A stretch of 64,000 bases of DNA, taken from Octopus vulgaris. Its lineage: Eukaryota. Made by a program: the position numbers and the translations under genes. The notes below the pieces were generated by a model. That model did no database searches and had not been told where the DNA came from. It saw nothing but the letters and a program-made list of their open reading frames with translations. Shown piece after piece: positions 39,270 to 51,723 of this stretch (position 1 is the first letter of the stretch; each line of letters opens with the position of its first letter). The stretch lies in the NCBI GenBank assembly GCA_951406725.2, contig OX597838.1:23808001-23872000 (forward strand), given 5' to 3'.

Positions 39270-40045
39270 GTAGTTTACCACCATCATAGTAAGTACATCA
39301 CAACTTTATGACATCTTAATCTACAGCTGTAGTAATCATGTTATGACAAAAAAAAAAACCCATCATATTACAGCACACTATGACATATCTTAATCTATAG
39401 ATAAGAAACTAAAGTCATCATGGCATGGCTGAACAATACATCACATCACAACATACTATGACACATCTTAGTCTACATCTAAGACAGTAAAGTCATCATG
39501 TTATGACTAAACACCATCACATCACAACATACTATGACACATCTTAGTCTCTAGATAAGGCAATAAAGTCATCATGTTACGACTAAACACCATCACATTA
39601 CAACATACTATGACACTTAGTCTACAGAAAAGACAGTAAAGTCATCATGTTACAACTAAACACCATCACATCACAGCACACTATGACACATCTTAATCTA
39701 CATCTAAGACAGTAAAGTCATCATGTTACGACTAAACACCATCACATCACAGCACTCTATGACACATCTTAGTCTATAGATAAGGCAATAAAGTCATCAT
39801 GTTTATGACTAAACAACATCACAGCACAGCAAACTATGACATCCCATAATCTATAGTTAAAACAATAAAGACGCCATGTTATGACAGAACAACATTTACA
39901 TTACAGCACAATTACATCATGACATCGCAAAGCCTATGGGCAAACCACGAAAGTCATCACGCTATGACTGAACAACATCACATCACATCACAGCACAGCA
40001 GACTATGACATTACATAATGTATGGTTGAGACACTGAAAGACTAT
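39270..40045. repeat. ~76-bp minisatellite, about 10 copies
   Basis: agtcatcatg recurs at 39413, 39491, 39567, 39640, 39716 and 39792. Confidence 0.9.
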
Positions 40046-40292
40046 CACAGCGGCCCGCCTGTGAGTCACGCCACTGGTGTGATCAAACTGTCAGTGTATT
40101 ATGACTCAGACGGCAGTGATAACACAACACCAATCACCACGACAACACCACCATCACCATCACCATCACAATGACCAGCGAAAGCCATGTCTTTCTTCAA
40201 TGTTCATATCCAAATAATGATGAAGTACAGAATGTGAACCACACCAGAGAAACTAGAAGCAATCTCTGACATTTAAGGCAACTATCATTTTT

Positions 40293-40328
<36 letters not shown>

Positions 40329-40470
40329 GTGAGTGAGAAAGAGAGAGAGAAAGGAAGGAAAGTATAATATATATATATATATATAATGCACATGTATAAA
40401 GCACACACATGAAAGTGTGGTAGAGGATGAAAAGTGTAAATACAATAGAGATAAAGAAAAATATGGAACA

Positions 40471-40526
<56 letters not shown>

Positions 40527-40543
40527 TGTTCTATATGTCTGCA

Positions 40544-40593
<50 letters not shown>

Positions 40594-40711
40594 CACACAT
40601 GCAGACATATATGTATATATACACACACATACATATCACATAAGTGAGACAAAAAAATTGAAAGACAAATAGAGAGAGATACACAAAAGAGGAAGACAAA
40701 ATAATGGAGAG

Positions 40712-40763
<52 letters not shown>

Positions 40764-41089
40764 GAGAGAGATTAGTTATTTTTTAGTCACTAGCATTGCA
40801 TTACAACATACTCAAAATGATTCATCAAAGAATGAACTCCGAAGTTTCTATTTTTAGCTAGAATTCTTCACCAAAGCAACCAATAAGAAAGCAGTTTGTT
40901 CACCACCCTGCAAGACAAAAAAAAAAAAACAAAGAAAAAAAAAACAAAAACAAAACTTCAAGATGCAACCGGATGCAACTAAGTGCACAGACCACCCCAG
41001 ACCTGCACACTACGAGGTGACCTTTCCTCAATCTTCAGGTGGCAGCAGAGGTACAGTATCAATTGTAGTCTCACTGATGGGTGTATATA

Positions 41090-41590
41090 GGTGTGTGTAT
41101 ATATAGATATATATATATAGAGAAAAAGATATATATATATATATATATATACATACACACATATATTTATGTATATATGTGTATAAATATGTATGTGTGT
41201 ATATATATATGTACACGTGTGTATGTATATATATGTATATACATATATATATATATATATACATACACACATATATTTATGTATATATGTGTATAAATAT
41301 GTGTGTGTATATATATATGTACACGTGTGTATGTATATATATGTATATACATATATATATATATATATACACACATATATATATATATACACACATATAT
41401 ATATATATACACACATATATATATATACACACACATATATATATATATATATATACATATATACATATACACACACATATATATATATACACACACACAT
41501 ATATATATACATATACACACACATATATATATATACACATATGTGTATATATATGCGCGTGTGTATATATGTATGTGTGTGTGTGTATAT
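41090..41590. repeat. Compound TA/CA microsatellite; similar tracts at 15530-15820, 21570-21770, 26945-27195 and 59680-60175
   Basis: Direct reading; source of the many YI/CV ORF artefacts. Confidence 0.9.
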
Positions 41591-41599
41591 GTATTCTTT

Positions 41600-41972
41600 T
41601 AGTTGTTTCAGTCAGTTGACTACGGCCATACTGGAGCACTGCCTTTAGTTGAACAAATCGGCCTAGGACTTGTTCTTTGTGGGCCTCGTACTTACTCTAT
41701 CGGCCTCTTTTGCTGAACTGATAAGCAATGGTGGTGGGACAAACACTGATACATACATATACAGCAGGCTTCTTTCAGTTTTCATCTACCAAATCTACAC
41801 ACAAGGCTTTGGTTAGCCTGAGGCTATAGCAGAAGACACTTGCCCAAGGTGCCACACAGTGGGACTGAACCCGGAACCATGTGGTTGGGAAGCAAGTTTC
41901 TTACCACACATCTATGCCATGTATGCATATATACAAATGTATGTGTGTATATATATATATATATATACATAT

Positions 41973-42013
<41 letters not shown>

Positions 42014-42495
42014 TTTATATGTACATATACAGATGTATATATACATACATATATATACATATATACTTACATATATACATTCATATACATACACGCATAT
42101 GCATGCACATACATACATATATCTATATAGATAGATGTTTTTATTAGTATTTAGCTGGAACAAAATTACTCAAGGGCTGAGATTTTCATGTATTAGCTCG
42201 AATCATGAAACTCAGACCTTGGGTCACTCTGCTGATTCTGCTAAATAGAAGAAAAAAAGAGTAATAAGTACAGGAGTGGCTGTGTGGTAAGTAGCTTGCT
42301 TACTAACCACATGGTTCCAGGTTCAGTCCCACTGTGTGGCACCTTGGGCAAGTGTTTTCTACTATAGCCTCAGGCCGACCAAAGCCTTGCGAGTGGATTT
42401 GGTAGACGGAAACTGAAAGAAGCCTGTCGTATATATGTCTGTGTTTGTCCCCCAACCATCACTTGACAACCGATGCTGGTGTGTTTACATCCCCT
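41600..42495. mobile_element. Oppositely oriented SINE S1 pair (41600-41918 minus; 42270-42495 plus)
   Basis: S1 heads pointing away from each other. Confidence 0.75.
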
Positions 42496-42965
42496 TTATC
42501 AAAAGACTGAGTCCGCAGGATAAAGAGTGGCTATAAGAGGAACCCAGGTGAGCTGATATGGTGATAGTGATGCAAATAAGTATGCTTGCACTTGATAATA
42601 AAATACATAAGCACCCCCGTGCCAGTGGCACGTAAAAAGCACCATCAGAACATGGCTGAAGCCAGCGCTGCCTGACTGGCGTCCGTGTCGGTGACAAGTA
42701 AAAAGCATCAACTGATCATGGCTGTTTGCCAGCCCCCTCTAGCCCCTGTGCCGGTGGCATGTAAAAATCACCCACTACACTCTCTCAGAGTGATTGGCAT
42801 TAGGAAGGGCATCCAGTTGTAGAAACACAGCCAGATCAGATTGGAGCCTGGCACAGCCTACTGGCTTGCTAGTCCTCAGCCAAACCATCCAACCCATGCT
42901 AGCATGGAAAACGGACGTCAAACGATGATGATGATGATATATGTGTGTATATATATATATATATA

Positions 42966-43176
42966 TTCAAAATGTGACCGCGTGTGTACTGTTGGCGATT
43001 TTTTTTCCTCCATCTTCCCTTCTCTGGATCTTTCCTTTTCCTATGTTTCTGACGAAGAGCTCCGCTCGAAACGTAAAACCCTCCTTCTTCCCTTCCTTCC
43101 TGAGCGTCCAATAATACTATATTTGTTCCACATCCTCGCGTAGTTGTGTTTTCTCTTGGTGTTTTCATGTTTGGAT

Positions 43177-43180
<4 letters not shown>
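42966..43180 (+). mobile_element. Family A-related element with an intact hammerhead, inserted in (TA)n
   Basis: TA repeats on both sides. Shares AGAGC..GCTCGAAACGTAaaa and ttcctgagcgt with family A. Confidence 0.65.
43045..43079 (+). ncRNA. Minimal type I hammerhead ribozyme with intact core
   Basis: gttt-CTGACGA-A-GAGC(tcc)GCTC-GAAA-CG-TA^-aaac: stem I gttt/aaac, stem II GAGC/GCTC, palindromic ACGT stem III, GUA cleavage triplet. Confidence 0.8.
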
Positions 43181-43223
<43 letters not shown>

Positions 43224-43784
43224 ATATATATATATATATACAGGGAGAGAAAGAAAGAGTGAAAATATTCAGAAGATGAGCACTTGTGTATAAGTATGTA
43301 GATATTTATAAATTTAAGTCACAATATTTGGATTCAACTAATCTGGTGGTAGTCAGGGGAAAAAAGCTCCTTAATGTATCATTCTATAAAATATAGAATA
43401 TGTAGTACAAGTCAAAAAAAACATAAGGAGTGTATAAAATTATAAATAAATAACGAAATGTTCTATAATAAAATTTATTTAATCATTGGAAATTCTTATT
43501 TAACAACAATTGTTTCATGGCTTAATGAACATGTATAGATAATTGATTTTATTGTATTTTACAATAAGTAATAAATTAATTATGTGTCTGCATTAATATA
43601 TGTATAGTCTTTAAATTAATGTAGATATTAAGCTAGCTCTTTAGGTTGAAAGAAATTTGTGTTAAAAATGATATATCGACAAAGTTTTGAAAACACAGTC
43701 AATTTTTTTTTTTTTTAAAAAAACCTCTTTTGGCAGATTCCTGTTGTGAAATCGTGTGCTGTTATATTTCAGGATACTCTATTA

Positions 43785-44270
43785 TTTGTTTCAGTCATCT
43801 GACTGTGGACATGCTGGAGCACTGCCTTTAGTCGAACAAATCAACCCCAGGACTTATTCTTTGTAAGCCTAGTACTTATTCCATCAGTCTCTTTTGTAAA
43901 CGCACCAGCATCGGCTGTCAAGCCATGGTGGGGGTGGGACAAAGACAGACACACAAACATATACGCATGCACACACTCACATATATATATATACATATGA
44001 GGGGTGTATGAAAAGTTTTGAGCCTTGAAGTCTTGTACCTTCATCAGAAGTCTTGTACCATGTTTTGTTTTTTTGAGGTTCAAGACTTTTCATATACCCC
44101 TCGTATATGACAGGCTTCTTTTTCAATATCCATCTACCAAATCCACTCACAAGGCTTTGGTCGGCCCAAGGCTATTGTAGAAGACGCTTGCCCAAGGTGC
44201 CACAGTGGGACTGAACCCAGAACCATGTGGTTGGTAAGCAAGCTACTTACCACACAGCCACTGCTGTGCC
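43785..44270 (-). mobile_element. SINE S1 with a MITE nested in its microsatellite
   Basis: S1 halves flank 43998-44103. Confidence 0.75.
43998..44103. mobile_element. Mariner-type MITE (106 bp)
   Basis: 28-bp TIRs TGAGGGGTGTATGAAAAGTTTTGAGCCT and CGAGGGGTATATGAAAAGTCTTGAACCT (rc); TA on both flanks. Confidence 0.75.
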
Positions 44271-44489
44271 TACACTCATTTTTTTTCCTTTTGCCAGATA
44301 ATCACATGCACTGTATACTCATTCTTCACTTCAACTTTGTGTTTATTCTTACTTTCTTACTTTGTCTGAAATCTTTTGTCACACATCCTGTGACCTCTTC
44401 AGCAACTCTCCATCCCACGTGTCTTCTCTTGTCCTGTTTAATCCATTCTGTCTTTCTGTGGAGTGTATCCTTATCTGAATACACATTTT

Positions 44490-44494
<5 letters not shown>

Positions 44495-44526
<32 letters not shown>

Positions 44527-44626
44527 TCACTGCCTGGAATCGAACTCAGAATCTTGGGGTTAGTAACCTGTGCTCTTAACCACTACGCCATATGCCATAA
44601 CTCTTCATCTCTTAAATATAGAACTG
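44495..44626. mobile_element. Rearranged family B element: tRNA head (minus) fused to an inverted 3' tail fragment
   Basis: 44521-44596 matches the 18020-18092 head. 44597-44626 (tcatctcttaaatatagaactg) matches the family B 3' end in the opposite orientation. Confidence 0.55.
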
Positions 44627-45669
44627 AAAACCAATTTCCCCTACCATCGCTTGACAACTGGTGTTGGTGTGTTTACATCTCAGTAACTTAGCAGTTCGGC
44701 AAAAGGAAACAATAAAATAAATATAAGCTTTAAAAAAATGTCCTGGGGTCGATTTGTTCGACTAAAACTCTTTAAGGCAGTGTCCTAGCATAGCCATAGT
44801 CAAATGACTGAAAGAAATAAAAGATAAACGATATGATGATGGAATGTTAAGAAAGGGGGGACCCCTACCCAACTTCAAATAAAAATAAACATGGCTATCG
44901 TCACTGGTGTCACTGTGTGGTAAGAAGTTTGCTTCCCAACCACATGGTACAAGGTTCAGTCCCACTGTGTGGCACTTTGGGCAAGTGTCTTCTACTACAG
45001 CCCTAGGCTAACCAAAGCCTTGTGGGAAGATTAAGTCAATGGAAACTGAAAGAAGCCCATCATATACAAGTATGTATGTATGCCGGAGTGGGAGCTCCTC
45101 ACCACCTGGTTTCTAAGGAGAGTCAATTCGGCTCAGGATGGAAATAAAGCAGGTAAAAGACCACATGTTGAGCAGTAGTGGGATTATGCCTGTTTGATAC
45201 AACTGAAAACTAATTTCCTTTTGACTGGGTGCCCCAGCATGGCCACAGCCTTAGGGCTGAAATGTATAAAAGAATATGTATGTGTGCATGTCTTTGCGCT
45301 TGTGTCGTAGTTGCCCTCTACCACCATTTGTCAACCGGTGCTGGTTTGTTTACGTCCCTGTAACGTAGTAGTTCAGCAAAAAAGACTGATAGAATAAGCA
45401 CCAGACTTCAAAAAAGTAAAAAATAAAGAGAATAAAACAGAAAGAAAGAAAAGAAAAAAAAGAACAAAAAACAGTTCTGGAGCTGAAGTCAATTCGTTTG
45501 AATAAACCCTTTGAGGTATTGCTCCAGCACGGCCACAGTTCAATGACTGAAACATGTAAAAAAAATAAAATGACAGAAGTCAATATGCATTTATACACAT
45601 ACACACCAGCACATAAACACACAGCGAGGGCCTCTTCAACACACATATATATATATATATTATCATAAG

Positions 45670-45706
<37 letters not shown>

Positions 45707-45861
45707 TTGAAGAGTATCATGGCTAATAAAGATGAAGAAATAATCTATAGATAATCTATAAAACTGCTCGTAAAACACTGAATAAAAATAGCGTTCATAA
45801 GATTAAGCTGCGGATATGATTGAATTGGTACCTAATGAATATGATACTAGGAAGAGTGCAT

Positions 45862-45897
<36 letters not shown>

Positions 45898-45899
45898 CG

Positions 45900-46350
45900 T
45901 CATCACCACCACCACCACCAACTCTATTAATAATACCATCGCTGCCACCACTACCACCATCGTCACAAACTCTACTAATTACACCGTCGCCACCACCTCC
46001 ACCACTTCTACTACTGTCAGCACCGTCATCATTCCTACTATCTCCACCATCCCTACTAGTGATACCATTTTGCTGCCATCACCATCGTCGTCAGCACCCC
46101 ACCACTACCATCACCACTGGCATCATCATGATCATCACATCCACCGTCACCACCACCACCATCTCTAACGTCACCAATACCGCCGTTTTCTCCACCATCA
46201 CCAGTGTTACCCTCATCATTACCAGCATCACTACCACAAATGCTATTATCATCGCCACCACTGCCATCACCATTTCTGTGACTACTACTATTACTGCCAA
46301 AACCATCATCACTACCACCACCACTACCACTATCATCATTGCTACTAACA
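45900..46350. repeat. Degenerate (CAC/CAT)n trinucleotide tract
   Basis: Direct reading. Confidence 0.8.
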
Positions 46351-46449
46351 TCATAAAAAGCATGGCCTTGAAAATAAAAGTGTAAGAATTTACAGAAAAC
46401 AGTAGAAGGATGAGGCAAGTACTTTCATTCATAAAATGGGGGAATACTA

Positions 46450-46888
46450 TGGCAGTGAGCTGGCAGAAATGTAGCACGTGGGGCAAAATGCTTACCGGTA
46501 TTTCGTCTGTCGGCAAGCTAGCAGAATTGTTAGCGCGCTGGACGAAATGCTTAGCAGTATTTTGTCTGCCACTAGGTTCTGAGTTCAAATTCCGCTGATG
46601 TCAACTTTGCCTTTCATCCTTTCAGGGTCGATTAAATAAGTACCAGTTGCACTGGGGTCGATATAATCGACTTAATCCCTTTGTCTGTCCTTGTTTGTCC
46701 TCTTTGTGTTTAGCACCTTGTGGGTAGTAAAGAAATAGGTATTTCGTCTGTCTTTACGTTCTGAGTTCAAATTCCACTGAGGTCAACTTTACCTTTCATC
46801 CTTTAGGGGTCGATAAATTAAGTACCAGTTGTGTACTGGAGTCAATCTAATCGACTGCCCTCCTCCCCCAAAATTTTGAGCCTTGTGG
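46450..46888 (+). mobile_element. SINE S2 multimer
   Basis: Doubled head, then tail fused to an internal restart near 46738. Confidence 0.75.
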
Positions 46889-47129
46889 AAGAATACTGAT
46901 GGAACGCTCCTGGTGAACCCTTGATGCAAACATGTCTTTATCTCATGCCCTACCCCATCCACCTTGCATCCATTTTTTACACCTCATAACATGGAAAAGT
47001 GATTGATCATCGTTGCCTATCTATTCTGCTCCATCACCCTTCTAAGCTTATCATCCACCTCTCTTCATCTCTCTCTCCTCTTGGATTCTACTTTCAGTCT
47101 GGTAATTCGTTAGTCTTGCCAGTTACAGA

Positions 47130-47450
47130 GTGCAGGCGTGGCTGTGTAGTAAGAAGCTTGCTTCCCAACCACATGGTTCCATGTTCAGTCCCACTACATG
47201 GCACCTTGGGCAAATGTCTTCTACTATAGCCCTATAGCCTCAGGCCGACCAAAGCCGTGTGAGTGGATTTGGTAGAAGGAAACTGAAAGAAGCTTGTCGT
47301 ATATATATATATACACATACATATATACGTACATTGGGGTCAATTCATTCATTCAACTAAAAAGATTCAAGGCTGTGCCCCAGCAAGGCGGTGCCCCAGA
47401 AAAGGTCTGCCCAAGCAAGGCTGTAGTCTAATGACTGAAACAAGTAAAAG
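47130..47450 (+). mobile_element. SINE S1
   Basis: Head and tail recognisable. Confidence 0.7.
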
Positions 47451-47979
47451 ATAAACAAATAAATAAAAATGCACCCAGTACACTCCGTAAAGCAGGAAGG
47501 GCATCCAGTCATAAAAATCTTGCTCTTGATATATGCATCAGATCATGTAGACCTGTCCAACCAAAGCCAGCAAGAGGACAGAAATAAAATGACAATGATG
47601 ATGTTGATGATGAATTTAGCAATAACTATGGTGGTGGTGGTGGTGGTGTTGGTAGTGATGTAAGGTTTCTCTTTGTCAATATTCAGAATTTCGTTTTTTA
47701 CATCTTTATAGAGAATAAATGTATAATTTGATTATATATATACACCCAGAACCATGCTAGTAGCTTAGGAGTGAAATTTAGGATTTCTTGGTTTTCTGTG
47801 AATCGATTTTGATAAAAATGTTCCAAGCTGGTTTGCAGACTATGGCAACACCATTGTTATGTTTTCATCATTCTGAGTAACATCCTTTCTTTTTTATTTT
47901 AGATTCTTCAGTTTTGGGGTGAACCATGCTAATAGCGTCTCTCCTCTCTAAGAACAATGGGATGTAGAAAAGGCCTTAA

Positions 47980-48355
47980 CAATGAAGAATAGTCTGTCAT
48001 CATCTAGGAAAGTGCTAAAGGCACCTCTCTTTGTGTCATTGTGTAGAAGTTAGGTCATCATGTGGACATGGTTAGATAATTCCTGAAGGATCTTTTGCTA
48101 TGGAAGAAATGATCTGATTGTTGGACATCCAAGACTGTGACAACTAGGGATTTAAAGAATATTGGCAAGTTACATGGGAAACCTGGCCAAACAAGCATAG
48201 CCATTTTCCCTGCCTCCAAACATCCTCATGTACCGAAAACCACCAGAAATCACATTCTTGGGACCATGGCTTCCATGCAAGAACCCCTGAAACTACCTTC
48301 TTTAACGCCCCATCACATGAGTTTGAGGCTTCAATGGGCCCAAAAGTACATGACA
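47980..48355 (+). pseudogene. Tc1/Tc3-like transposase relic (N-terminal HTH region)
   Basis: PLKLPSLTPHHMSLRLQWAQKYM resembles the Tc1-family 'KP.LT..H...RL.WA' motif; truncated at TA repeats. Confidence 0.55.
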
Positions 48356-51300
48356 TATATATATATTTTTCACTGTGTGTAGTTCAGTTCCTTCTTCAAA
48401 TTTTTCACTGTGTGTAGTTTTCCATTTTGACACTCCTACGAGCATTCGTAACCTCATTACCACTGTTATAACGACACCGTTATATAGTGGGAGGTATCTT
48501 CATCGCCATTGATATGTCCTGCATTATGACGACATAACTTCATCATCTGCATGACTGGCCCATATGGTGTACCTCGCTGACTGACCCTGCTTGCTGTGTC
48601 TATCCAGTATTTATCAGTAGTGGAACAGCCCACTTCTCACTTGGGGGTGTCCGCCACAACAAGTATTCAAAGATATCCCGATATATCTTCAATATGATCA
48701 GCCAAATTATGTCTGACAGCTGATACTTGTACAGGGGCTTTCTAAAGCCAACTATATGGTTAATACCCAAACTGAATTGATGTTTGTGTGTGTGTGAGAC
48801 CCTTGTTTTGACATCATCTGATGGTTGTAAACAAATGTTGCTGTCAAACAAGCGATGTTGTTTGTTTTCAGTCTCCCGTGTAAAACATGTCTGGCCATGG
48901 TAAAAATACTTTATTTGGAAGCAAGTGAAGGTTGGTTTCAGGGAGGGCATCCAGCTGTAGAAAATCTGTCTCCATGAACTCTGTCTGCTCCATGCAAGCA
49001 AAAATGATGATGGTACATATAGATGTGTGTGAATACATATATCATCATCATTATCTAGCATCCATTTTCCATGTTGGCATGGGTTAGATAGTTTGGCTAG
49101 AATTAGTAAGCTGGAAGGCTGCACCAGGTTCCAATCTAATTTGGCATGCTTTCTACAGTTGGATGCCCTTCCTAATGCCAACCACTCCACAGAGTGTAGA
49201 GGGTACCTCTTATGTATCACCAGCACAGGTGCCTTTTACATGTCACTGACACAGATGGTTTTTATGTGCCACCTGCACGGGTGCCTTTCATGTGTCACTG
49301 GCACCAGCCACAACTACCATTCCACTTGGCTTGATAAGTCTTCTCAAGCACAGCAAATTACCAACAGCCTCCATCTCTTGTCATTGCCTCCATGAGATCC
49401 AGTGTCCAAAGATCATGCTTCACCACCTTGTTCCATGTCTTCTTGGGTCTATCTCTTCCACAGGTTTCCCTCTGTAGTTAGGGACCGGCACTTTGAGAGG
49501 AAATGCATTTATAAATGATTATGTCGCATAAACAACATACATACATGATCATTCTTTCTCTCTCACACACCTGAAAAGAGACTGACACATATCAAGAGAC
49601 ATCATATATACACATCGACCTCCAAAGGTAGACGGATTCGGTCATAATAGAGAGAGGCCACAATGGTTTATCTAGTAACCAAAGTAACCGAAGAGGGATT
49701 GGTAGAGAGATGTGGGGATGAAGATGGTATGGAGAGCAAGAAAGAGGTGGCAGCAATGATTTGACTATAGAGAGAGGGGGAGGGAAGAGTGAGAGAAGGA
49801 AGACAAGGGAGAAGAGAGAAAAGAAAGACAAGAAAGGTGGAAGAGAGATAGAAACACAGAAAAATTGAAAGAAATAAGTGGGAGAGAGAGAGAGAGAGAG
49901 CAAAGACTGTAAAATTATATAAATACACATACATACACATATATATGTACACAATGCACACACACACATATATATATATATAAATAAATATATATAAACA
50001 CACACATATACATATATATATATATATAAACACACACATATACATACACACACACATATACATACGCATATATATATACACACACATTCACTCACACACA
50101 TACTTATAGATATACTCAATACACACACACGTATATATAAAAATACACAATACACATATGCATATATATACACACACATGAGAGGTAGAAATAGATAGAT
50201 ATTGAGAGGGAGAGAGGAGTGGTAGAAGGCTGCAGCCAGAATCAGAAAATAGTTGAATAATATAGTTGTAAGTATTCTTCCTTTGTCAATGTTTAAAGAA
50301 TAACAGAATCAACAGAATATCAGAACGTTCTGACAACAACAACAACAAATTGAATTATAGAATGGCAAAAACGGCAGAATGGCAAATAAACAAATAAATA
50401 AAAATGGTAATAATAAATAAATAAATGAGTGAATCATTTTAATTTGACAATGTAGACATTATATTTGGCAAACAACAAAAGAGATGTACACAAGCTCTTT
50501 AATAGCACTTGTCTAGACTGGAGTACCTTCTTGAAGAAATACAAAGACCGAGAGAGGCAGGCTGGCAATGTGTCTATGTTTATATGATGTGAATAAATAT
50601 CTTTATTATTAAGACAGAGGCGCAGGCATGGCTGTATGGTTAAGGAGCTTGCTGCCCAGCTGTGCAGTCTTGGGTTTGATCTCACTGTGCAGCACCTTGG
50701 GCAAGAGTCTTCTACTGTAGCCTTAGGCCAACTAATAACCTTATGTGTGGATTTGGTAGGCAGAATCTGAAAAACAAGCCTGTTGTGTGTGTGTGTGCGT
50801 GTGTACACACACACACATGTATGTATTTGTTTTGCAAGATTCCCGATGTGAAATCGTGTGTTGAAACATTGTTATATTTTGGGATGAGAAACAAAAATAA
50901 AAAAAAAAAACATCCTAAAATATAACAATATATATGTATTATTCTTATACAAGAATGTTGTCGACAGTGACTTCGAAGTTTCAGATAGCCTAGCTGGCTG
51001 AACATATAATATATATATGTGTGTATATCACGTGACCGACCAGACCATCAGATGTTGTTACACATCGCTGGTCACAATGCATTTGCATTGTTTTAGCCTT
51101 CAAATGACGCCACCCCACTGGCTAAGCGAGCAGGCCAACAGAAGAAAGAGTGGTGAAAGAGTACAGCAGGGATCACCACCCCCTGCCGGAGCGTCGTGGA
51201 GCTTTTAGGTGTTTTCGTTCAATAAACACTCACAACGCCCGGTCCAGGAATCGAAACCGCGATCCTACGACCGTGAGTCCACTGCCCTAACCACTGGGCC

Positions 51301-51408
51301 ATTGCGCCTCCACTTGTGTGTATATACACACACATATACAGGAAATATATGTACATCTGGAGTGAAAAGTCACATTTTGTGAATTACTTATAAAAAAGAT
51401 GTAATTAA

Positions 51409-51629
51409 CCCTTATGTTATCATATTTGTTTTGAGATGCTCTGTGTTTCTTTTAATTAATTTAAGATATAACAAAGAATTTAGTAGAATAACTTAGTTAT
51501 TGTTAAGCTAGTGTTAGGAACATAAATTGTGACTACGGTTTGGTGGAAGATTTTAATTCAAAACTTATGAAAAGAAGACATTTGTACTCAGAGCCAGAGC
51601 AGGTTTCAGCCAGGTTGGTAACGAAAGGG
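51409..51629. mobile_element. piggyBac-type MITE
   Basis: TTAA|CCCTTATGTTATCA ... TGGTAACGAAAGGG|TTAA. Confidence 0.7.
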
Positions 51630-51692
51630 TTAAAACGAATTTATTAAACTTTTAGACACCTCTGTGACTTTTGGGCCACCCTATACATGCAT

Positions 51693-51723
<31 letters not shown>

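Noticed and set aside
39270-40045. CRISPR-like array
   Set aside because: Whole units are repeated with no unique spacers, the context is eukaryotic and there are no cas genes.
40979-41648. Long ORFs of 120-180 aa in several frames
   Set aside because: These are translations of TA/CA microsatellites; the same applies to most short ORFs in the track.
43500-43530. Minus-strand GAAACAATTGT resembling a hammerhead 3' half
   Set aside because: No matching CUGANGA was found at a suitable distance.
44521-44596. tRNA gene
   Set aside because: It has A and B boxes but no proper acceptor stem, and it recurs at 18020-18092 as a SINE head.
45816-46385. 189-aa Pro/Thr-rich mucin-like ORF
   Set aside because: It is a degenerate CAC/CAT trinucleotide tract, open in several frames, without splice support.
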